DNA of 64,000 bases, taken from assembly GCF_009914755.1 (NCBI RefSeq), contig NC_060930.1; one strand, 5' to 3'. The position numbers and the translations under genes were made by a program. Below, one piece after another: positions 14,601 to 25,429 of the stretch; the first letter of the stretch is position 1; the number at the start of each line of letters is the position of its first letter. Under the pieces are notes generated by a model. The model had not been told where the DNA came from, searched no databases, and saw only the letters and a list, made by a program, of their open reading frames with translations. This DNA comes from the human T2T-CHM13v2.0 reference genome, Homo sapiens.

Positions 14601-15569
14601 TGTGGGGAAAAGCAAGAGAGATCAGATTGTTACTGTGTCTGTGTAGAAAGAAGTAGACATAGGAGACTCCATTTTGTTCTGTACTAAGAAAAATTCTTCT
14701 GCCTTGAGATTCTGTTAATCTATAACCTCACCCCCAACCCCGTGCTCTCTGAAACATGTGCTGTGTCAAACTCAGAGTTAAATGGATTAAGGGCGGTGCA
14801 AGATGTGCTTTGTTAAACAGATGCTTGAAGGCAGCATGCTCCTTAAGAGTCATCACCACTCCCTAATCTCAAGTACCCAGGGACACAAAAACTGCGGAAG
14901 GCCGCAGGGACCTCTGCCTAGGAAAGCCAGGTATTGTCCAAGGTTTCTCCCCATGTGATAGTCTGAAATATGGCCTCCTGGGAAGGGAAAGACCTGACCG
15001 TCCCCCAGCCCGACATCCGTAAAGGGTCTGTGCTGAGGAGGATTAGTGAAAGAGGAAGGAATGCCTCTTGCAGTTGAGACAAGAGGAAGTCATCTGTCTC
15101 CTGCCCGTCCCTGGGCAATGGAATGTCTCGGTATAAAACCCGATTGTATGCTCCATCTACTGAGATAGGGAAAAGCCACCTTAGGGCTGGAGGTGGGACC
15201 TGCGGGCAGCAATACTGCTTTGTAAAGCATTGAGATGTTTATGTGTATGCATATCTAAAAGCACAGCACTTAATCCTTTACATTGTCTATGATGCAAAGA
15301 CCTTTGTTCACGTGTTTGTCTGCTGACCCTCTCCCCACAATTGTCTTGTGACCCTGACACATCCCCCTCTTCGAGAAACACCCACAGATGATCAATAAAT
15401 ACTAAGGGAACTCAGAGGTTGGCGGGATCCTCCATATGCTGAACGCTGGTTCCCCCGGTCCCCTTATTTCTTTCTCTATACTTTGTCTCTGTGTCTTTTT
15501 CTTTTCCAAATCTCTCGTCCCACCTTACGAGAAACACCCACAGGTGTGGAGGGGCAACCCACCCCTACA
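14601..15569 (+). mobile_element. HERV-K(HML-2) solo LTR, LTR5_Hs type, full length (969 bp)
   Basis: Starts tgtggggaaaagcaagagagatcagattg and ends ggggcaacccacccctaca; perfect 6-bp TSD TACGCC at 14595-14600 and 15570-15575. Confidence 0.97.
15132..15399 (+). promoter_or_regulatory. LTR5_Hs cis elements: TATA-like box, OCT4-type ATGCAAAG, AATAAA
   Basis: tataaaa 15132-15138; atgcaaag 15292-15299; aataaa 15394-15399; motifs are seen directly, activity is inferred from family knowledge. Confidence 0.7.
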
Positions 15570-18544
15570 TACGCCCAGAGAAAAGACGACATTGCACCCA
15601 GAGAAAAGATGACAGTGAACCTAGAGAACAGATAGCCCAGAGAAATGACGACAATGAACCCAGAGAAAAGACGACAGTGAACCCAGAGAAAATACAACAG
15701 TGAACCCAGAGAAAAGCTGACAGTGACCACAGAGAAAAGACAATCGTGCACCCAGAGAAAACACGACAGTGCACCCAGAGAAAATACAACAGTGAACCCA
15801 GAGGAAAGACGACAGTGAACCCAGAGAAAATACAACAGTGAACCCAGAGGAAAGACGATAGTGAACGCAGAGAAAAGACAACAGTGAACCCAGAGAAAAT
15901 ATGAATGTGATCCCAGAGAAAAGACAACAGTGCACTCAGAGAAAAGATGATAGTGAACCCAGAGTAAAGACGACAGTGAACCTAGAAAAGATGACAGTGC
16001 AACCAGAAAAAATACAACAGTGAGACCAAGGAAAGGCGAGAGTTTACCCAGAGAAAAGACAATGGTGCACCCAGAGAAAAGATAATGGTGCACCCAGAGA
16101 AAAGACAATGGTGAAACCAGAAAAAAAGACAGTGGACCCAGAGAACATAGGATAGTGAACCAAGAGAAAAGACGACAGTGAACCCAGAGAAAGGACGAAG
16201 GTGCACCCAGAGAAAAGATGACAGTGAACCTGGAGGAAAGACGACAGTGAACCCAGAGAAAAGTTGACAATGAATCCAGAGAAAATACAACAGTGAATCC
16301 AGAGAAAAGATGAAAGTGAACCCAGAGAAGAGACGATGGTGCAACCAGAGAAAAGATGACGGTGAACCAGAGAAAAGAAGACAGTGAAACCAGAGAAAAG
16401 ATGATGGTGAACCCAGAGAAAAGATGACAGTGAATCCAGAGAAAATGCAACAGTGACCACAGAAAAAAGACGACAAGGCATCCAGAAAAAACAAGACAGT
16501 GTACCCAGAAAATATACCACAGTGAACCCAGTGAAAAGACAACAGTGCACCCAGAGAAACGACAACAGTGAACCCAGAGAAAAGACAATGGTGAACAAAG
16601 AGAAAAGAAGACAGTGAACCCAGAAAAAAGATGACACTGAACCCACAGAAAAGACGGCAGTGAACCCAGAAAAATGGCAACAGTGCAGCCAGAGAAAAGA
16701 TGTCAGTGAATCTAAGAAAATACAAGAGTGAACCCAGAGAAAAGATGACAGTGAACCCAGAGAAAAGACGACTGTGAACTCAGAGAAAAGATGATGGTGC
16801 ACCCAGAGAAAAGGTGACAGTAAGCCAAAAGAGAAAATGACAGTGAACCTGGAGAAAATACAACAGTGAACCCAGAGAAAACATGACAGTGAACCCAGAG
16901 AAAAGACAATGTTGCTCCCAGAGTAAAGACAACAGTGAACTCAGAAAAAAGATGACAGTGAAAGCAGAGAAAATACATCAGTGAACCCAGAGAAAAGACA
17001 ATGATGAATTCGGAGAAAACACAACAGTGAACCCAAAGAAAATACAACAGTGAACCCAGAGAAAAGTTGACAGTGAATCCAGAGAAAAGACGATGGTGAA
17101 CCCAGAAGAAAGACGACAGTGAACCCCGAGAGAAGATGACGATGAACCCAGAGAAAAGACAACAGTGAAACCAGAGAAAAGACAACAGTGAAGCCAGAGA
17201 AAATGCAACAGTGACCCCAGAGAAAAGATGACAGTGAAGACAGAGAAAAGGCGACGATGCACCCAGAAAAAAGACGACAGTGTACTCAGAGAATATAAAA
17301 TAGTTAACCCAGAGAAAAAAAAATCAGTGAACCCAGAGAAAAGATGATTGTGCACCCAGAGAAAACACGACAGTGCACCCAGAGAAAAGACGACAGTGAA
17401 CCCAGAGAAAAGGTGACAATGAACCCAGAGAAAATACGGCAGTGCACCCAGAGAAAAGAGGACAGTGAATCCAGAGAAAATACAAAAGTGAATCCAGAAA
17501 AAAAGACAACAGTGAACTCAGAGAAAAGACGATGGGGCAACCAGAGAAAAGATGACGGTGAACCTAGAGAAAAGATGACAGTAAACCCAGAGAAAAGATG
17601 ATGGTGAACCCAGAGAAAAGATGACGGTGACCCCAGAGAAAAGATGACAGCGAATCCAGAGAAAATGCCACAGTGACCCCAGAGAAAAGATGACGGTGAC
17701 CCCAGAGAAAAGATGACAGCGAATCCAGAGAAAATGCCACAGTGACCCCAGAGAAAAGATGACAGTGACCCCAGAGTAAGATGACAGATGCACCCAGAAA
17801 AAACATGACAGTGTACCCAGAGAATACACAACAGTGAACCCAATGAAAAGATGACGGTGAACCTAGAAAAAAGACGATGATGAACTCAGAGAAAAGGTGA
17901 CAGTGAACCCAGAGAAAACACAACAGTGAATCCAGAGAAAATGAAACAGTGACCCCAGAGAAAAGATGACAGTGAACACAGAAAAAGCAGTGATGCACCC
18001 AGAAAAAACACAACAGTGTACTCAGAGAATATACAATAGTGACCCAGAGAAAAGATGACAATGAACCCACAGAAAAGACGACAGTGCAGACAGAGAAAAG
18101 ATGACAATGAATCCAAAGAAAAGATGACAGTGAACTCAGAGAAAAGATGACAGTGAACTCAGAGAAAAGATGACAGTGAACCCAGAGAAAAGATGACAGT
18201 GAACCCACAGAAAATACAACAGTGGAACCAGAGAAAAGATGACAGTGCATCCAGAGAAAAGACAACGGTGCATCCAGAGAAAAGACGACAGTGAACCCAG
18301 AGAATATACAACAGTGAACCCAGAGAAAAGACTATGGTGCACCCAGAGAAAAGACGACAGTGAACCCAGAGAAAAGACAACAGTGAACCCGGAGAATATA
18401 CAACAGTGAACCCAGAGAAAAGACAACAGTGAACCCAGAGAAAAGATGACGGTGCACCCAGAGAAAAGACGACAGTGAACCCAGGGAAAAGATGACAGTG
18501 AATACAGAGAAAATACAACAGTGACCCCAGAGAAAAGATAGGTG

Positions 18545-21500
18545 CACCGTCGTTATTTCTCTGGGTTCACTGCCATCTTTTCTCTGGGTTCACCATCATC
18601 TTTTCTCTGGATTCACTTTCTTCTTTTCTCTGGGTTCACCGTCGTTTCTCTGGGTTGACTGTCGTTTTTTCTCTGGGTTCACTGTCGTCTTTACTCTGGG
18701 GTCACTGTCGTCTTTTCTCTGGGTTCATTGTTATCTTTTCTCTGGGTGCACCCTTGTCTTTTCTCTGGGTGTACTGTCATCTTTTCTTTGGGTGCATCAT
18801 TGTCTTTACTCTGGGTCCACCGTCGTCTTTTCTGGGTTCACTTTTGTATTTTCTCTGGGTTCACCATCGTCTTTTCTCTGGGTTCACTGTCATCTTTTCT
18901 CTGGGTTCACCGTCGTCTTTTCTCTGGGCTCACTGTCGTCTTTTCTCTGGGCTCACTGTCATCTTTTCTCTGGGTTCACTGTCGTATTTTCTCTGGGTTC
19001 ACCGTGATCTTTTCTCTGGGTTCACTGTTCTGTGGGTTCACTGTCGTCTTATTTCTGAATTCGCTGTCACCTTTTCTCTGGGTTCACCATCGTCTTTTCT
19101 CTGGGTTCACTGTTGTATATTCTCTGGGTGCACAGTAGTCTTTTCTCTGGGTTCACTCTCGTCATCTCTCTGGGTTCACTGTCGTATGTTCTCTGGGTTC
19201 ACCATTGTTGATTCTCTGGGTCCCTTTTTCTCTGGATGCACTGTCATCTTTTCTCTGGGTTCACCGTCGTCTTTTCTCTGGGCTCACTGTCATCTTTTCT
19301 CTGGGTTCACTGTCATATTTTCTCTGGGTTCACCATGATCTTTTTCCTGGGTTCACTGTTCTGTGGGTTCACTGTCGTCTTATTTCTGAATTTGCTGTCA
19401 CCTTTTCTCTGGGTGCACCGTCGTCTTTTCTCTGCGTTCACTGTCGTATGTTCTCTGGGTTCACCATTGTCGATTCTCTGGGTCCCTTTTTCTCTGGATG
19501 CGCTGTCATCTTTTCTCTGGGTTCACCATCGTCTTTTCTCTGGGCTCACTGTCATCTTTTCTCTGGGTTCACTGTCATATTTTCTCTGGGTTCACCATGA
19601 TCTTTTCTCTGGGTTCACTGTTCTGTGGGTTCACTGTCGTCTTATTTCTGAATTCGCTGTCACCTTTTCTCTGGGTGCACCGTCGTCTTTTCTCTGCGTT
19701 CACTGTCGTATGTTCTCTGGGTTCACCATTGTCGATTCTCTGGGTCCCTTTTTCTCTGGATGCACCGTCGTCTTTTCTCTGGGTTCACCGTTGTTGATTC
19801 CCTGGGTTCACTGCTGTCTTTTCTCTGGGTTCACTGTCTGTTCTCTGAGTTCACTGTCACCTTTTCTCTAGATGCACTTTTGTCATTTCCCTGGCTTCCT
19901 CACCGTCTTCTCTCTCACGATAGTGCATCGTCTGGCTGCACTATCATCTTTTCCTGGGTTCACCGTTGTCTTTTCTATGGGTTCACTGTCATCTTTTTTC
20001 TGTGTTCACCGCCATCTTTTCTCTGGGTTCACTGTCTTCTTTTCTCTGGGTGCACTGCCATTTTTTTCTGTGATTTCATTGTTGTCTTTTCTCTGGGTTC
20101 ACTCTAATCTTTTCTCTGCGTTCACTGTCGTCTTTTCTTTGTGTTCACTGTCGTCTTTTCTCTAGGTTCACCATCATCTTTTCTCTGGGTACACTATCGT
20201 CTTTTCTCTGGGTTCATCGTCATCTTTTCTCTGAGTTCATTGTCTTCTTTTCTCTGGGTACACCATCATCTTTTCTTTGGGTTTCCTGTCATCTTTTCTC
20301 TGCGTGCACCGTCATTTCTTCTGAGTTCACTGTCAACTTTTCTCTGGGTTCACTGTTGTCTTTTCTCTGGGTGCACTGTCGTCTTTTCTTTGGATTCCCT
20401 GTCATCTTTTCTCTGGGTTCACTGTTGTACTTTCTCTTGATTCACTGTCATCTTTTCTCTGGGTGTACTGTCGTCTTTTCTTCGGGGTTACTCTTATATT
20501 TTCTCTGGATTCACTGTCATCTTTTCTCTGGTTTTACTTTCGTATTTGTTCTGGATTGAGTGTCGCCTTTTCTCTGGAAGCACCGTCGCCATTTCTCTAG
20601 GTGCACTGCTGTCTTTTCTCTGGGGTCACTGTTGTATTTTCTCTGGATTCACTGTGGTCTTTTCTCTGGGTTCACCGTCGTCTGTGATCACTGTCATCTT
20701 TTCTATGGGTTCACTGTCATCTTTTCTCTGGGTTCATTGTTTTCTTTTCTCTGGATGCACTGTTGTCTTTTCTCTGGCTTCACCGTCATCTTTTCTCTGT
20801 GTTCACTCTTGTCTTTCTTCTGGATTCACCGTTGCCCTTTTTTGGGCTCACTGTCATCTTTTCTCTTCGTTCACCATCATCTTTTCTCTGGGTGCACTAT
20901 TGTCTTTTCTCTGGGTGCACTGTCATCTCTTCTCTGGGTTTACTGTCATTTTTTCTCTGGGTTCACTGTTGTATTTTCTCTTGATTCACTGACGTCTTTT
21001 CTCTGGGTGAACTGTTGTCTTTTCTTTGGGTCTCCTGTCATTTTTTTCTCTGGATTCACTGTTGTATTGTCTCTGATTCACTTTCATCTTTTCTCTGGGT
21101 GTACTGCTGTCTTTTCCCCGGGGTCATTGTTGTATTTTCTCTGGATTCACTGTCCTCTTTTCTCTGGGTTCACTGTCATCCTTTCTCTGGGTTCACTGTC
21201 ATACTCTCTCTGGGTTGACTGTCGTCTTTTCTCTGGAAGCACCATTGTCTTTTCTCAGGGTTCACCATCGTCTTTTCTCTGGGTTCACCATCGTCTTTTC
21301 TCTGGGTTCACCATCATTTTTTCACTGTCTGTTCTCTGGGTTCACTGTCATCTTTTCTCTTTGTTCACTGTCATCTTTTCTCTGGGACCACCGTCGTCTT
21401 TTCTCTGGGTTCACTGTTGTCTTTTCTCTGGGTCCATCATCATCTTTTCTCTGGGTTCACTGTCATCTTTTCTCTGGGTGCATTGTCATCTTTTCTCCTG

Positions 21501-24500
21501 GTTGACTGTTGTTGATTCTCTGGGTTCACCATCATGTTTTCTTTGGGTTCACTGTCTTTTCTCTGGGTTCACTGTCATCTTTTTTCTGGGTTCACCATCA
21601 TCTTTTCTTTGGTTTCACTGTCGTCTTTTCTCTGGGTTCAGTGTCATCTTTTCTCTGGGTTCACCGTTGTCATTTCTCTGGGTTCACCATTGTCTTTTCT
21701 CTATTCACTGTCATCTTTTCTCTGGGATCTCCATCATCTTTTCTCTACGTTCATTGTTGTCTTTTCTCTGGGCTCACTGTTGCCTTTTCTCTGGGTGCAC
21801 CATCGTCTTTTCTCTGGGTACATCTTTGTCTTTTTTTGGTTCACTGTCATCTTTTCTCTGGGTTCAACATTGTCTTTTCCCTGAGTACACCATCATCTTT
21901 TCTCTGGGTACACCATCGTCTTTTCTCTGGGTGCACTATCTTCTTTTCTCTTGGTTCACCATCATCTTTTCTCTGGGTTTACTGTCATCTTTTCTCTGAG
22001 TTCACCATCATTTTTTCTCTCGGTGCAACTTTGTCTTTTCTGTGGGTTCACTGTCATCTTTTCTCTGGGTTCACCATTGTCTTTTCTCCGGGTTCACTGT
22101 TGTCTTTCTCTGGGTACCCTGTTGTATTTTCTCTGGATTCACTGTTGTCTTCTCTCTGTGTTCACTGTCATCTTTTTTCTGAGTGCACCGTCACTTTTTC
22201 TCTGTGCTCACCATCATATTTTTCCTTGGTTCACTGTCATCTTTTCTCTGGGTCCACTGTCATCATTTCTCTGTTGCCCTGTCATCTTTTCTCTTGGTGC
22301 ACCGTCATATTTTCTCTGAGTAACTGTCCTCTTTTCTCTGGTTTCACCATTGTATTTTCTCTGGGTGCACTGTTGTCTTTTCTGTGGGTTCACTGTAGTC
22401 TTTTTTCTGGGTTCATTGTCATCTTTTCTCTGGGTTCACCGTCATCTTTTCTTTGGGTTCACTATTGAATATTATCTGGGTGCACCATCATTTTTTCTCT
22501 GGGTTTACCATCATATGCTTTCTGGATTCACTGTCGTGTTTTCTCTGGGTACACTGTCATCTTTTCTTGGGTTCACTGTCATATTTTTTTCTGGGTTCAA
22601 CATCGTCTTTTCTCTGGGTGCCCCTTCATATTTTCTCTTGGCTCACCATTGTCAATTCTCTGGGTTCACTGTCATATTTTTTCTGGGTGCACCGTCATCT
22701 TTTCTGTGGGTTCACTGACATCTTTTCTCTGAGTTCACTGTCTAATATTCTCTTAATGCAATGTCTTCCTTTCTTTGAGTGTACTGTCACCTTTCCTCTT
22801 GGTGCACTGTTGTATTTTCTTGGGGTAAACTGTCATCTTTTCTCTGCGTTCACTGTTGTATTTTCTCTGGGTGCACCGTCGTCTTTTCTCTAGGTTCACT
22901 GTCATCTTTTCTCGGGGTTCAATGTAGGATATTATTTGTGTTCACCGTTGTCAGTTCTCTGGGTTCACTGTGGTCTTTTATCTTTATGCATCATCATCTT
23001 TTCTCTGGGTTCACTATTGTCTTTTCTCTTGATGCGCTGTCATTTTTTCTCTGGCTTCACCATCGTTTTTTTCTGTGTTCACTCTCGTTTTTTCCCTGGG
23101 TTCACCATCGTCTTTTCTTTGGTTTCACTGTCATCTTTTATCTGGGTTCACTGTCATCTTCTCTCTGGGTTCACTGTCGTCTTTTCTTTGGGTGCACGGT
23201 CATCTTTTCTCTGAGTTCACTGTGGTTTTTTTCTCTGGGTTAACCGTTGTCTATTCTCTGGGTGCACTGTCATCTTTTCTCTTGATTCATTGTCGTCTTT
23301 TCTGTGGGTGCACTGTCATCTTATCTCTGGGTTCACTGTTGTATTTTCCCTGGTTTCACTGTCATCTTTTCTCTGGGTTCTCTATTGTATTTTGTCTGAG
23401 TGCACTGTTGTCTTTTCTCTGGGTGCACCATCATTTTTACTCTGGGTTCACTGTCGTCTTTGTGGATTCACCATTGTCTTTCCTCTGGGTTTGCTTTCGT
23501 ATTTTTTCTGGGTTCACTGTTGTCTCTTCTCTGGGTGCATTGTCTCTTTTTTCTGGGTTCACTGTTGTATTTTTCTGGCTTCACTGTTATATTTTGTTTG
23601 GGTTCACCTTCGTCTTTTCTCTGAGTTCACCATCATCTTTTCTCTGGGTTCACCATCATCTTTTCTCTGGGTTCATCATCATCTTTTCTCTGGGTTCACT
23701 GTTGTCTTTTCTCTGGGTTCACCATCATCTTTTCTCTGGGTTCATCATCATCTTTTCTCTGGGTTCACTGTTGTCTTTTCTCTGGGTTCACCATCATCTT
23801 TTCTCTGGGTTCACTTTCGTCTTTTCTCTTGGTTGCCCATCGTCTTTTCTCTGGGTTCACTGTTGTCTTTTCTCTGGGTGCACCTTCGTCTTTTCTCTGG
23901 GTTCACTATCATCTCTCTGGGTTCACTGTTGTATTTTCTTGGGGTTCACTGTCATCTTTTCTCTGCATTCACTGTCATCTCTTCTCTGGGTCCCCTTTTA
24001 TATTTTCTCTGGGTGCACCATTGTCTTTTCTCTGGTTTTACTGTCATCTTTTTGGGGGTTCACCATTGAATTTTCTCTGGGTTCACCGTCCTTTATTTTC
24101 TGGGTTCAACTTTGAATTTTCTCTGGGTTCACCATCCTCTTTTTTCTGGGTGCACTGTCATCTTTTTTCTTGGCTTACTGTTGTATTTTCTCTTGATTCA
24201 TTGTTGTCTTTTCTCTGGGTTCACCATCATCTCTTCTCTGAGTTCATTTTTGTATTTTCTCTGGGTGCACCGTCATCTTTTCTCTGGATTCTCTGTCATC
24301 TTTTCTCTGGTTTCACTGTCGTATTTCTTCTGTGTTCACCGTCATCTTCTCTCTGGGTGCACTGTCTCTTTTCTCTGGGTTCACTGTCGCCTGTACTCTG
24401 GGTTCACTGTCTTCTTTTCTCTGAGTTCACTGTCATCTTTTCTCTGGGTTCACTGTCGTCTTTTCTCTGGGTTCACCATCATCTTTTCTCGCGTTTCCCC

Positions 24501-24830
24501 ATCGTCTTTTCTCTCGGTTCACCGTCATTTTTTCTCTGGGTTCACTGTCATCTTTTCTCTGGGTGCCTTATCATTTTTTCTCCTCTGGGTTCACTGTCAC
24601 CTTTTCTCTGGGTTCACTGTCACCTTTATCTAGGTTCACGTTCATGTTTTCACTGGGTTCACCATCATCTCTTCTCTGGGTGCACTGTCGTCTTTTCTTT
24701 GGGTTCACTGTCATCTTTTCCCTGGGTTCACTGTCATCTTTTCCCTGGGTTCACAGTCATCTTCTCTCTGGGTTCACAGTCATCTTCTCTCTGGGTTCAC
24801 TGTCATCTTTTCTCTGGGTTCACCGTCGTC
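18545..24830 (+). repeat. Satellite block C (T-rich strand on +)
   Basis: Orientation reverts at ggtgcacc (18541-18548). Confidence 0.95.
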
Positions 24831-24984
24831 CCCCACTGGGCATCTGTTTGAAGGAAAGGTAACCGTATATCCAAGAGGCATCCATACCCCATGTTACTGT
24901 AGCACAGTCACGATAGCCAAGATATGGAATCTACCCAGGGGTCCATCCAGGGACAAATGGATACAGGAAATATGGTACCTACTC

Positions 24985-25419
24985 TATTATATTGAATTTA
25001 GCCTGACGCTGCCTCTTTGTAAGTTGGATCTAAAGGTTTCTTCATACACAGTGAGCTTTTAGCTAATGGGAGGGTAAACAGACTGTAACCCACTCTTGTA
25101 CTAATCACCAAGTAGTAATTAGTACACTACTAATCAGCCGATCACAGGCAGCCAACTGCTCAAACCGTGTTCAAAAAAGGCAAACACCGTGCTGTAACAA
25201 CCAGGTGGTTCTATACCTCTCTTCCATTTTCTGTGTATCACTTTCCTTTTTCTCTCCATGAATTCTTGCCGCCCCCCCCCCCCCCACCCTGCCACCCCAC
25301 CAACCAGAGACAGTGTGAGGTCTTTGAACCTTTTCTGGTTTGGGGACTGCCAAATTCATGAATAGTTCTTGCTTAGTTAAACTCTTAAATTTAATTTATC
25401 TAAGGTTTTTATTTTAACA
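24985..25419 (+). mobile_element. MER57B-like solo LTR (ERV1)
   Basis: tttagcct..gctgcctc, aaaccgtgttcaaaaaaggcaaac, ends aaatttaatttatctaaggtttttattttaaca. Confidence 0.8.
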
Positions 25420-25429
25420 ATGGAATACT

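Larger units (their letters stand above)
11117..18544 (-). repeat. Satellite block B (inverted; A-rich strand on +)
   Basis: Units read gaygacagtgaacccagagaaaa on +; interrupted by L1PA and LTR5_Hs. Confidence 0.95.
5121..24830. repeat. Large degenerate 23-bp tandem satellite, roughly 780 monomers after subtracting two TE insertions
   Basis: Continuous ~23-bp periodicity, typical unit CTGGGTTCACTGTCATCTTTTCT; copy number is about 18 kb divided by 23. Confidence 0.97.

Noticed and set aside
14601-15569. HERV-K provirus
   Set aside because: No PBS or gag after the LTR; the TSD directly flanks a single LTR, so it is a solo LTR
5121-24830. CRISPR-like short-repeat array
   Set aside because: No unique spacers, monomers are contiguous and degenerate, the context is primate, and there are no cas genes
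5336-24862. Dozens of long hydrophobic ORFs (up to 518 aa) resembling membrane proteins
   Set aside because: They are translations of the stop-free 23-bp satellite strand, overlap in all frames and flip strand with the array orientation
24820-24870. Satellite monomer derived from the adjacent L1 (acccagaggaaaag-like motif)
   Set aside because: Only short, low-complexity similarity and in the opposite orientation; unsupported without alignment
25268-25300. C-run / minus-strand G-quadruplex in MER57B
   Set aside because: Simple homopolymer expansion with no supporting context
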